DNA of 64,000 nt from a virus. Taxonomy: Duplodnaviria > Heunggongvirae > Uroviricota > Caudoviricetes. The notes under the pieces are model-generated. The model was not told where the DNA came from, made no database searches, and saw nothing but the letters and a program-made list of their open reading frames with translations. Positions 45,937-54,724 of the stretch are shown piece by piece; position 1 is the stretch's first letter, and every line of letters starts with the position of its first letter. The stretch spans positions 103,707 to 167,706 of IMG/VR virus record IMGVR_UViG_3300033146_002139, one strand, 5' to 3'. Position numbers and translations under genes: made by a program.

Positions 45937-46356
45937 ATGAGATTTACTAAAGAAAATATAATAGATTTAAAAGAGAGTGAGGTGTTTGTTTTTGGTGCGA
46001 ATGAAAAAGGTATTCATGGGGCTGGAGCTGCTAGATTAGCATTACAATGGGGTGCTGTTTATGGAGAAGGCTATGGAATGAAAGGAATGACATTTGCAAT
46101 TCCAACTAAAGATAAAAATATTCAAACACTACCATTGCCTGATATAAAAATATACATTGATGCTTTTATACTTTTCGCTGCAACTCGTCCAGAATATACA
46201 TTTTTAGTAACAAAAATTGGAACAGGACTAGCGGGTCTTTTCATTAAAGACATAGCTCCATTATTCAAAGATGCAACACTATACAACAACATAATCCTAC
46301 CTGAAGAATTTTGGGATATATTATCCGAACAAATGGAGACAACCGATGAAACTTAG
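45937..46356 (+). CDS. hypothetical protein, possible Rossmann-like nucleotide-processing (SLOG/LOG/macro-like) domain
   Basis: VFVFGANEKGIHGAGAARLALQWG glycine-rich motif; 139 aa. Confidence 0.5.
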   Translation: MRFTKENIIDLKESEVFVFGANEKGIHGAGAARLALQWGAVYGEGYGMKGMTFAIPTKDKNIQTLPLPDIKIYIDAFILFAATRPEYTFLVTKIGTGLAGLFIKDIAPLFKDATLYNNIILPEEFWDILSEQMETTDET

Positions 46357-46633
46357 CGTTAAAGACAAGTCAGCAATAGCATCTTTAATGATTGCTCAGA
46401 CAGGAATGGTAAATTTTATAGACATCATAGAAGAATCCGTTAAATTTAAAAATGATGATGGAACAAAAAATGCTTTTATAGAGTTTCTAAAACAAGGAGA
46501 CGAGCTATTAAAGAAAATGGACGAAGTCGGAGATAAGTTAATAGAAGGAATGTCGAATCCTGAAATCAAAAAAATAATCAATAAATCAGTTCAGTATATG
46601 AAATTATTGGACACGGAAAAAGGAAGAGAATAA
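46346..46633 (+). CDS. hypothetical protein
   Basis: 95 aa. Confidence 0.45.
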   Translation: MKLSVKDKSAIASLMIAQTGMVNFIDIIEESVKFKNDDGTKNAFIEFLKQGDELLKKMDEVGDKLIEGMSNPEIKKIINKSVQYMKLLDTEKGRE

Positions 46634-46956
46634 TGAAATTATTCAAATGTAAAGATGAAAATTTAGGCGCTACTCTATACATATCTGCAGGAGAAAAAGG
46701 AATGCTAAGTATTATCGCAAGCCTTAAAGATATAGAAGAAGTTGTGGATGGTAGTAAAGAAAATATCGACAGCTATTTAAAGTCTGTTGACAAAGACTGC
46801 ATTATGTGTGGAAAGAAAAGCTCAAAGATAGAAGTTAAGAATTATGTCGGAGGATATGTTTGCAGTAAAAAATGCGAGAAAAAATTCAACATAAACTCAA
46901 AAAAAGAAGAATGGAAAAAGGATAAAGAAAGCGAAGCGGAAATTGTAGATGAGTAA
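46633..46956 (+). CDS. hypothetical Cys-containing protein
   Basis: CIMCGKK...CSKKCEKK. Confidence 0.45.
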   Translation: MKLFKCKDENLGATLYISAGEKGMLSIIASLKDIEEVVDGSKENIDSYLKSVDKDCIMCGKKSSKIEVKNYVGGYVCSKKCEKKFNINSKKEEWKKDKESEAEIVDE

Positions 46957-47100
46957 GAATAGAAAAATATTCACCAAAGAAGAATGGGCAATTATATTAC
47001 CGATAAAACAGCAGATACGCCAAGAGTTAAAAAGAGAAGGTGTAAGCCGTAGAATGGTAAGATATAGATTTGAAAGAATGTTTGTAAAAAAGGAGAGAAG

Positions 47101-47790
47101 ATGATAAAGATAGAACACCTTGAGACGCTAGGATGGGAACATGCGATAAGAGGGCTTCGCAATCCATTAAAAAGTTGGAAAAATTCAGATAGTGGATGGC
47201 ATAGAAAAGTAACGAAAATAGAACAATCTCCAGAAAGTTTTGCAGAGATAGTATATCAATTAGGAGAAAATGATTTAAAACTGGCTCTTAAACTAGTTAA
47301 AGCAGGTGCTAGCCATAGAAAGTTTTTAAGACATATAAGTATCTATTGTGATATTAGAGCAAACTTAAAATTTTACGACGAATTTGACACTTATCTTCAT
47401 GTTGTAAAAAATTCTACCAGCCAAATGCACGGATTAGGGACAAAAAAGTTTAAATTCACTGTAAATGACTTCAGCAATGTCTTAACAACTACTATAGCTA
47501 AAGACAATATGCTAAGAACATTAACTGACTTAAACATACTACACAATATGTATGTTGCTGAAACGAATGTTGATATGAGAAAGAAAATTTGGAGAGATAT
47601 GATTGAAATAAATAAACAATCATTCCTCTATACTAGAACTTGTATGTTTAATTATGAGGTTTTTATATCTATGTATTTTCTAAGAAAAGACCATAAGATG
47701 ATAGAGTGGAGAAGATTAATGAAAATCCTAAGAAGAGAACTTCCTTATATGAATGAAATTATAACAGCTTTAGAAGAGAAGAAAATATGA
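47101..47790 (+). CDS. hypothetical protein
   Basis: 229 aa; it resembles no family with confidence (ThyX considered and not supported). Confidence 0.5.
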   Translation: MIKIEHLETLGWEHAIRGLRNPLKSWKNSDSGWHRKVTKIEQSPESFAEIVYQLGENDLKLALKLVKAGASHRKFLRHISIYCDIRANLKFYDEFDTYLHVVKNSTSQMHGLGTKKFKFTVNDFSNVLTTTIAKDNMLRTLTDLNILHNMYVAETNVDMRKKIWRDMIEINKQSFLYTRTCMFNYEVFISMYFLRKDHKMIEWRRLMKILRRELPYMNEIITALEEKKI

Positions 47791-48000
47791 AAGCTAAAAC
47801 ACTGTGACGGAGAAACTAAAATGAATATTAAAATCGTTGACACGAATGAAGAGTGCCGTTGCAACTGTAAAGGACATGGAGAAGATTGCAAAAATGGAGC
47901 TTGGATTTATTACGACCTTAGAATAGAGAATGAAGAAAAATTTAATGGCTTAGGATGCTTTGTTATACGCTGGTGGGTAATTTAAAATTAAGGAGAAAAC

Positions 48001-48222
48001 ATGTTTGGATTTATAAAAAGAAAAATAACCTCTGTATTTTGTATTCACTACTATATGCCAACTTATGAGAATTATAGTTTTATGGGGGTATTGATTATCG
48101 AAATAAAATGCCCTAAATGTAGGAAGAAAAAAAATGTAGAGCTTACTTCTTTTAGGCAAGGTGTTGTACTATTAGAAGATATAAAGGAATATGGAGAGGT
48201 ACTACTGGCTAATCACGATTAG
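48001..48222 (+). CDS. small zinc-ribbon protein
   Basis: CPKCRKKKN. Confidence 0.4.
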   Translation: MFGFIKRKITSVFCIHYYMPTYENYSFMGVLIIEIKCPKCRKKKNVELTSFRQGVVLLEDIKEYGEVLLANHD

Positions 48223-48301
48223 CTTGCGTATAACGGTTAGAATACCAAGCCAGTTTTAATGAATAGGAATGCGATGTTATAGTTCGTTAAACGGGGAAAA
48301 C

Positions 48302-48553
48302 ATGAAAGTAAACAATATGAAACTGACACCTAAATTAAAAAAACTGCTTACTATTGTAAATGAGAATGAAGATTTAGAGTGTGGCGGTATATCGCAAATA
48401 TACTTTAAAGACAGGGATTATAGTGGTACAAAAATAAATAAAAGAAATTCAACTATTGCGAGCTGGATAAGTAAATTAGCAACAAGAGGGCTAATACACT
48501 TAACGCACAATAAATTAACCAAGTACGGACAGTTTTTTTTAAAAGGGGAATAA
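48302..48553 (+). CDS. hypothetical protein (possible winged-helix)
   Basis: ATG 48302 (MKVNNMKL...) with a GGGGAA RBS, preferred over the track's start at 48269. Confidence 0.45.
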   Translation: MKVNNMKLTPKLKKLLTIVNENEDLECGGISQIYFKDRDYSGTKINKRNSTIASWISKLATRGLIHLTHNKLTKYGQFFLKGE

Positions 48554-48639
48554 TGCACTATAATGGGTAGAACAATAAGTCGTTTCAATGACTGATAGTG
48601 CAGTGTTATCAGTATGTACACAATTAAAAGGGGAATAGA

Positions 48640-48912
48640 ATGGCAAATAAATTTATAATCGTAAATGACATGGTTATTTTAGGAAAAGTTGAGCTACACG
48701 AGGATTTATTACAAGAAGGTGAAGTTTGTAATTTTGGCGGGGGAACTTGGGTATATGACTCTTATAATTATACTATTGTGTTTTCTGGAAAATCTTATGG
48801 TTTTGGTGAATTTGACAAATACCAATTACAAGATATTATAGATAAGAAAGATAAAATATTCAGATATCCAGCTAGAGATATATCAGAAAAATATTATTTT
48901 AGGATAGAATAG
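48640..48912 (+). CDS. hypothetical protein
   Basis: 90 aa. Confidence 0.45.
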   Translation: MANKFIIVNDMVILGKVELHEDLLQEGEVCNFGGGTWVYDSYNYTIVFSGKSYGFGEFDKYQLQDIIDKKDKIFRYPARDISEKYYFRIE

Positions 48913-49029
48913 TATTACTGCTAACGGTTAGATGCAATATGACTATGAATGCGATGTTAGTTGTTGGATTTAGTCTTTTAAAATTACAAACAAAAAAATA
49001 AATATAAAGCAAAAAGCGAGTAGAAAAAT

Positions 49030-49455
49030 ATGAGGATAATATCTAAAACATACGACTATTACGATGGCGGAGCTACATACGGAATAGACAAGTCAATACT
49101 ATATCTTAGAAAAAGAGAAGAGATAGAAATGAAGAATAGGATTATCCTCGGAGACTTCAAGCTAATAGGATTTTGCGGAGAGATATACCTTTTTTCTATA
49201 AAGGGAGAGGGTAAAAAGAAAGTTGTTCTTTTTGGTAAAGACGCTGTCAGTAACGAGATAGAAGAATATACAGGTTACAACAACGAAACATTATACAGGA
49301 CTGTAGAAAGAAATAAAGGCTATTATCATCATATACACTCCAAGAGATATGATGAATTAAAAAATGATTCCTTTATAAAAAGTTTATTCCTAACCTACAA
49401 AACTCCTGTTTTTTTAATAGACCTTAAAAGAAATCCCTTGCTTTTTTTGGGGTGA
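49030..49455 (+). CDS. hypothetical protein
   Basis: 141 aa. Confidence 0.5.
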   Translation: MRIISKTYDYYDGGATYGIDKSILYLRKREEIEMKNRIILGDFKLIGFCGEIYLFSIKGEGKKKVVLFGKDAVSNEIEEYTGYNNETLYRTVERNKGYYHHIHSKRYDELKNDSFIKSLFLTYKTPVFLIDLKRNPLLFLG

Positions 49456-49468
49456 TAGAAAATAATAC

Positions 49469-49497
49469 TTGACATTTGTTTATACTTACCTTATATT
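49469..49497 (+). promoter_or_regulatory. TTGACA-17-TATATT promoter of the RHH-tnpB unit
   Basis: ttgacatttgtttatacttaccttatatt lies 27 bp upstream of the RHH ATG. Confidence 0.5.
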
Positions 49498-49523
49498 ACA
49501 GATATACAAAATAAGGAGCTATA

Positions 49524-49652
49524 ATGTCAAGAACTGAAACAATAATAATTAGACTAACAAAAGAAGAGAAGTCTAATATTGAAAGAAAAGCTAAAGAGCA
49601 AGGATTGTCGGTCTCATCTTACCTAAGAAGCTTAGGGATGAGAGATAAATAA
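49524..49652 (+). CDS. ribbon-helix-helix (MobC/CopG-like) mini-protein coupled to tnpB
   Basis: Translated by hand: MSRTETIIIRLTKEEKSNIERKAKEQGLSVSSYLRSLGMRDK; AAGGAG RBS; the stop TAA overlaps the tnpB ATG. Confidence 0.6.
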   Translation: MSRTETIIIRLTKEEKSNIERKAKEQGLSVSSYLRSLGMRDK

Positions 49653-50746
49653 TGATTAAAAAGCTTAACAAAGCATATAAATTTAGATTATATCCAAATG
49701 CGACACAGCAAGAGTATTTTGCAAAGACATTTGGAAGTGCTAGGTTTATCTACAATAAAATGTTAAGCGATAAAATTGATTATTATAAGCTAGAGAAGAA
49801 AACCTTAAACAATACTCCTGCTCAATATAAAAAAGAGTTTGAGTGGTTGAAAGAAGTGGATTCATTAGCTTTAGCAAATAGTCAAATGCAATTAAAAACT
49901 GCATTTATGAATTTTTTCAAAAGAAAAGGTGTTGGATTTCCTAATTTCAAAAGTAGAAGAAATAAAAAGTCATATAAAACTAATAATCTTAATGGTACAA
50001 TTAAAGTTGAATTAAATAATGTAAAACTGCCAAAGATAGGTTTTGTTAAAGCAGTAACACATCGTAGAGTTGAAGGTAAAATAAAAAGTGCAACAATATC
50101 TCAAACTCCAACTGGCAAATATTTTGTATCAATTTTAGTTGAATATGAAAAAGAGATAAAGGAAGTAAAAAGTAATAAAGTAATAGGATTAGATTTTTCA
50201 ATGAAAGATTTATATGTAAGTAGTGATAATGAGAAAGCCAATCAGCATCATTATTTTAGAAAATCTTTAGATAAAATCAAATTTGCTCAACGAAGTTTAT
50301 CAAGAAAAGTAAAAGGAAGTAGTAATCGTAACAAACAAAGACTTAGATTAGCTAAAGTTCACGAGAAAGTTAGCAACCAAAGAAACGACTTTTTGCATAA
50401 AACATCTACTTATTTATCAAAGAAATACGATGCTATAATAATTGAAACTCTTGATTTGAAAGAGATGAGCAAACACTTGAAGCTTGGAAAATCAGTACAC
50501 GATAATTCTTGGGCTACATTTGCAGCATTATTAAAATACAAATCAGAGCAATCAGGAAAGCAGTTAGTTCAAATTGATAAGTGGTTTCCAAGTAGCAAAA
50601 AATGTTCTAATTGTGGAAATGTAAAAGAGAAGTTAGAGTTGTCAGAACGAACATACAATTGTGGAAGCTGTAATCTTAGTATTGATAGGGATTACAATGC
50701 TTCATTAAATATTAAAATGGCTGGGACAGTCAAGTTAGCTTGGTAA
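49652..50746 (+). CDS. tnpB: TnpB (OrfB, RuvC-like RNA-guided nuclease family)
   Basis: RuvC-I IGLDFSMKDLYVSS, RuvC-II AIIIETLDLKEM, zinc finger CSNCGN...CGSCN, RuvC-III DRDYNASLNI. Confidence 0.8.
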   Translation: MIKKLNKAYKFRLYPNATQQEYFAKTFGSARFIYNKMLSDKIDYYKLEKKTLNNTPAQYKKEFEWLKEVDSLALANSQMQLKTAFMNFFKRKGVGFPNFKSRRNKKSYKTNNLNGTIKVELNNVKLPKIGFVKAVTHRRVEGKIKSATISQTPTGKYFVSILVEYEKEIKEVKSNKVIGLDFSMKDLYVSSDNEKANQHHYFRKSLDKIKFAQRSLSRKVKGSSNRNKQRLRLAKVHEKVSNQRNDFLHKTSTYLSKKYDAIIIETLDLKEMSKHLKLGKSVHDNSWATFAALLKYKSEQSGKQLVQIDKWFPSSKKCSNCGNVKEKLELSERTYNCGSCNLSIDRDYNASLNIKMAGTVKLAW

Positions 50747-51185
50747 GTATCTTTCGTTAGAAAGACCGACCCAAGAAGCCCCTTCCTTCAGGTGGGTGAG
50801 TTCACTAGAAGATGTTATGTATAAACTAAGTTAATACTAAATCCAGTACTTAAGGATTATAGTTTTTTCAAGCTATTTGAGACAACTCAAGCTTTCCAAG
50901 AAATAGAAATGTACTTGTCAAATGTACTAGTATCTGACGTAATGAAAGAACCAAAGTTTACAAGTGAAGACATCGGAACTAGCAAAGGATTTAATAAATA
51001 TTCATTTAGAAATACAAAGAAAGAACCTAAAAAATTTTAGGAGGAATTATGACTTTTTACAATCCAGACGAAGTCGTGAAAAAAGAAAGCCCAATGCTTT
51101 AGCTTTGTGGATGATTTTTTGAAAAAGGTCTTGACTTTTGTATTTTAATGTATTATCTTTATGTTATACCAATATAGGAGTTGTA

Positions 51186-51314
51186 ATGAAACGAACTGAA
51201 ACAATAATAATTAGGTTAACAAAAGAAGAAAAAGCTAATATTGAAAGAAAAGCTAAAGAGCAAGGTTTGTCTTTATCGTCTTATTTAAGAAGTTTAGGGA
51301 TGAAAGATAAATAG
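51186..51314 (+). CDS. ribbon-helix-helix mini-protein coupled to tnpB (paralogue of the 49524 copy)
   Basis: MKRTETIIIRLTKEEKANIERKAKEQGLSLSSYLRSLGMKDK. A TTGACT promoter-like element lies at 51131. The stop TAG overlaps the GTG start of tnpB. Confidence 0.6.
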   Translation: MKRTETIIIRLTKEEKANIERKAKEQGLSLSSYLRSLGMKDK

Positions 51315-52432
51315 TGAAAACCTATAAATATAAAATATACAATAGTAAAAAGAATAAGAAATTATGCCAAAAGATTAATATTGCTGGTGTGGTTTTTAAT
51401 TATTGTATTGCTCTTCAAAGAGGTTATTATAGGTTTTATGGTAAACAATTAAATATTTATCAACTACAAAAACACTTAACTAAAAAGAAAAAATTAAATA
51501 AGTATTTCTTTTGGAAAGAACTAAGCTCTCAAACTATTCAAGATATAACCGAGCGAATAGATAAATCGTATAAACAGTTTTACCGTAATTTAAAAAAGGG
51601 AGTTAAAACAAGCCCTCCTAAATTCAAAAAAGTTAAGAAATACAAATCTATAACTTTCAAGAATACTGGATATAAATTCGATGGTAATAAAATTGCAATA
51701 CAAAAAGATTTATTTAAGTTTTCAAATAGTAGAAAGTTTCAGGGGAATATTAAACGAGTAATAGTAAAGCGAAACAATCTAGGAATGATGTTTTTATATG
51801 TAATAACAGATTTTGTCGATATTCGAGCAATCAAGTCAGTTAAAAGTGCTGGTTGCGATTTTGGATTAAAACAATTTTTGTCGTTTTCAGATAAAAGCAC
51901 GATTGATTCACCTTTATTTTTCAAAAAGAATTTAAAGAAAGTAAAAAGATTATCTAAAAAATTTTCCAAGAAAAAGAAAGGTAGTAACAACAGGAAACGA
52001 GCAAAATATAATCTTGGCAAGTTAAACTATAAAATAATGAATAAAAGAACAGATTTTCATTATAAACTAGCAAAAGATTTAGCGATAGACTATGGTATTT
52101 TATACTTTGAAACACTGGATATTAAATCAATGCAGAGACGATGGGGAAGGAAAATAAATGACTTAGGATTTTATAATTTTCTTCAAATACTAAAACAACA
52201 AGGATTAAAATACGGTTGCGAAGTAGTCCAAATTGATAAGTGGTTTCCAAGTAGTAAAACTTGCTCAGGTTGTGGTTATATAAAGAAAGACTTAACTCTA
52301 AAAGATAGAGCGTATAACTGTCCTGAATGTAAATTATCAATCGACCGAGATTTGAATGCATCAATAAATATAAAACGAGAAGGGGTATCTTCTCTTAAAA
52401 CCAAGACAGTAAAACTTTCGAGTATGTCTTAA
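51314..52432 (+). CDS. tnpB: TnpB (OrfB family), GTG start
   Basis: RuvC-I AGCDFGLKQFLSFS, RuvC-II ILYFETLDIKSM, zinc finger CSGCGY...CPECK, RuvC-III DRDLNASINI. Confidence 0.8.
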   Translation: MKTYKYKIYNSKKNKKLCQKINIAGVVFNYCIALQRGYYRFYGKQLNIYQLQKHLTKKKKLNKYFFWKELSSQTIQDITERIDKSYKQFYRNLKKGVKTSPPKFKKVKKYKSITFKNTGYKFDGNKIAIQKDLFKFSNSRKFQGNIKRVIVKRNNLGMMFLYVITDFVDIRAIKSVKSAGCDFGLKQFLSFSDKSTIDSPLFFKKNLKKVKRLSKKFSKKKKGSNNRKRAKYNLGKLNYKIMNKRTDFHYKLAKDLAIDYGILYFETLDIKSMQRRWGRKINDLGFYNFLQILKQQGLKYGCEVVQIDKWFPSSKTCSGCGYIKKDLTLKDRAYNCPECKLSIDRDLNASINIKREGVSSLKTKTVKLSSMS

Positions 52433-52447
52433 TGGTTTTAGAATCCC

Positions 52448-52711
52448 TTGGCTTCAGCCTTGGGAGTATGTCAAAATCCAGACCTTAGCGATTGCAATCT
52501 TTACGATAGCGACGAGGTTACAGAATTAAAAAATAAAATAGCAGTGCAAAAAAACACTATTGAAAATCTTGAAAGTCTTATCAGACTATTAAAAGGTGAT
52601 ATGTCAAGAGTTGAGGGAGGAGAAGCAGTAATGTCAAAAAAACATAGCAACTATAAAGAATTGCCTGCGGTAAATCCAGATAGAATAAAAAAACTAAAGT
52701 GGGGATTTTAA
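52448..52711 (+). CDS. questionable ORF overlapping the predicted tnpB omega-RNA region
   Basis: 87-aa ORF; its 5' part lies in the GC-rich segment right after the tnpB stop. Confidence 0.3.
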   Translation: MASALGVCQNPDLSDCNLYDSDEVTELKNKIAVQKNTIENLESLIRLLKGDMSRVEGGEAVMSKKHSNYKELPAVNPDRIKKLKWGF

Positions 52712-53025
52712 TGATTAGAAATGGAAAGAATTATATAATAACAACTGACGGATGGTTTGTTGCAAGTGATGGAGAACAATACAAGTCGGTTTACGGAAAA
52801 TGCGAGATAAAAACAACTGAAGATGTTTTTGATTTTAAACCAAGCAGACCATCAACAAATTGGTTTGTTCTTGTCACAGGGACAGATTCGTCTTTAGAAG
52901 ATTCCGTATCAGAGATGATTGTAGCAGGATGCCAAATCCACTACGCTCTACAAGTAGAAGAACGACCGCTTAGAAAACCTAATTTTACTAAAGGTGAACC
53001 TGATAATAGAATTTTCTTTGTATAA
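52699..53025 (+). CDS. hypothetical protein
   Basis: 108 aa. Confidence 0.45.
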   Translation: MGILMIRNGKNYIITTDGWFVASDGEQYKSVYGKCEIKTTEDVFDFKPSRPSTNWFVLVTGTDSSLEDSVSEMIVAGCQIHYALQVEERPLRKPNFTKGEPDNRIFFV

Positions 53026-53053
53026 TTACAATATAAGATAAGTAGAGGATAAA

Positions 53054-53506
53054 ATGAGAGAAATAAATAAGATAGTAATTCATTGCAGTGATAGCGATTT
53101 TGGAAATGTTGATATTATTAAAGATTGGCATGTAAACGGAAATGGTTGGTCCGATATTGGATATCATTATGTAATCACTAATAGCCATCCAGTAAGTACA
53201 GCACACACTAAAAAAGATTCGGATGGTGTTAAAAATATAGGGAGGCCAATTGAAATAGCAGGGGCTCATGTAAGGGGGCATAACAGCGATAGTATTGGTA
53301 TTTGTGTTATAGGGACGGATTGGGACAGTTTTACTAACAAACAGCTAGACACATTGCTAAAGCTAATAAATCAGCTTATGACTGCTTATGACATAAGTAT
53401 AGACCATGTTTATGGTCACTATGAGCTGGATTCTAAAAAAGAGTGCCCCTGCATGGATATGGATTTTATTAGAGCCGGAATTGAAAATGCGAAGGATGTT
53501 CACTGA
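53054..53506 (+). CDS. N-acetylmuramoyl-L-alanine amidase (amidase_2/PGRP, T7-lysozyme-like endolysin)
   Basis: IVIHCSDSDFG, DIGYHYVI, GAHVRGHNSDSIGICVIG and a C-terminal HYELDSKKECPC (zinc ligands). Confidence 0.75.
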   Translation: MREINKIVIHCSDSDFGNVDIIKDWHVNGNGWSDIGYHYVITNSHPVSTAHTKKDSDGVKNIGRPIEIAGAHVRGHNSDSIGICVIGTDWDSFTNKQLDTLLKLINQLMTAYDISIDHVYGHYELDSKKECPCMDMDFIRAGIENAKDVH

Positions 53507-53651
53507 CAAGTAAAGGATATGTACTGAAGTTCGAAGATGCATTCCCAGAAGAATCTGCCACGTCAAAAACTTGCGATGAATGCAGATATTATTGGGAAAG
53601 GAAATGTGATTTATTCGATGTAAAAATCACCAACAAGCTTAGAGACGAAAA

Positions 53652-53915
53652 GTGCTTAAACTTCTCTCTAATATAGGAGAAAAAATGATAAATTTTAGAG
53701 GAGAACAATATCAGCCTATAGAGTTCAGACTCTCTAAAGTTAAATTAAGCTCTCCTATTATAAGAACAACTATAACCAAGGCTACAATAGAAACTCTAGT
53801 TGATGTTATTTGCGTGGATAAGCAGGAATACATTTTCTATGTATATTTAGGAGACGACAAGATAAAGGTGAATCCCTTGGAATATTGGGATATAATAGAG
53901 CAATCTAATAATTAA
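53652..53915 (+). CDS. hypothetical protein
   Basis: 87 aa. Confidence 0.45.
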   Translation: MLKLLSNIGEKMINFRGEQYQPIEFRLSKVKLSSPIIRTTITKATIETLVDVICVDKQEYIFYVYLGDDKIKVNPLEYWDIIEQSNN

Positions 53916-53938
53916 GCAAAGGAAATAAGGAGGATTAG

Positions 53939-54208
53939 ATGATAGAAATAAATAGCAGTGCAGGAAAGACTGTAATAAAAGACGGTTCTAAAATAAAAGG
54001 AATATCGCTAAGCGATTACAGAAGTACATTTTTTATAAAAAAATGGGTAATACAATGCACCACGACACAAGATGGAAGTAGTACTAATTTTACAATAAGA
54101 ATGCTAAAAGAAAAAGAAGCCCATATTATTTACGAAGGATTAAAAAATGCATCTGAAGGAACTAATATAAAAAGCAACAGTCATATAGTAGACACAAACC
54201 AAGAATAA
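53939..54208 (+). CDS. hypothetical protein
   Basis: 89 aa with an AGGAGG RBS. Confidence 0.45.
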   Translation: MIEINSSAGKTVIKDGSKIKGISLSDYRSTFFIKKWVIQCTTTQDGSSTNFTIRMLKEKEAHIIYEGLKNASEGTNIKSNSHIVDTNQE

Positions 54209-54216
54209 CTAATTAC

Positions 54217-54245
54217 TTGACAAACGCCTTTTTTTGTAGTATATT
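54217..54245 (+). promoter_or_regulatory. TTGACA-17-TATATT promoter upstream of the solo RHH copy
   Basis: ttgacaaacgcctttttttgtagtatatt. Confidence 0.5.
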
Positions 54246-54268
54246 TGTAGGAAGTAAACAGGAGGATT

Positions 54269-54425
54269 GATGAGTAAAGTCAATACAACAAAAAATAAAA
54301 CGAAAGAAATACGTGTTAGAGTCTCAGACGAAGAATACGAAATTATACTAAAAAAGGCAAACGAACTAGGTTTGACAAAATCTGGATATCTAAGGTTGAA
54401 AGGGTTGGGAGGTAAAGAGTGGTAA
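54269..54425 (+). pseudogene. frameshifted copy of the RHH mini-gene (no tnpB downstream)
   Basis: The N-terminal part MSKVNTTKNKTKEIRVRVSDEEYEIILKKA is in one frame. The RHH-like C-terminus NELGLTKSGYLRLKGLGGKEW is in the +1 frame after an A-run (ggcaaaacgaac has one extra A relative to the frame needed). Confidence 0.45.
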
Positions 54426-54724
54426 CACTGGCAATAGAAACAAGTATAAACAAATTTATAGAGCTATTCCTGAAAAAAGAAGGAGTAGATAGGTGTGATT
54501 GGGAATACGACTGGGTGGCAGATAGAGTTGCCGGCATTGTAAATATTGGAGATAATTTTTTCGCATTAGAAGATGTTATTCTTGACATGAAAACAAAACA
54601 ACCAAGCGGAAACATCTTCAATTGGCAAGATTCTATAACAGACATGTCCATAAAGGATAGTAACTTTAAGTATCAGAGTTATAATACTTGGATTACAAAT
54701 GGAAATAAACTACTGGAGATATAA
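54419..54724 (+). CDS. hypothetical protein (GTG start overlapping the RHH remnant)
   Basis: 101-aa ORF. Confidence 0.45.
   Translation: MVTLAIETSINKFIELFLKKEGVDRCDWEYDWVADRVAGIVNIGDNFFALEDVILDMKTKQPSGNIFNWQDSITDMSIKDSNFKYQSYNTWITNGNKLLEI

Noticed and set aside
47101-47790. Flavin-dependent thymidylate synthase (ThyX) assignment for the 229-aa protein
   Set aside because: There is only a loose resemblance (HRKFLRHIS). The defining RHRxxSxxxxSxRY motif is absent, so I left it as hypothetical.
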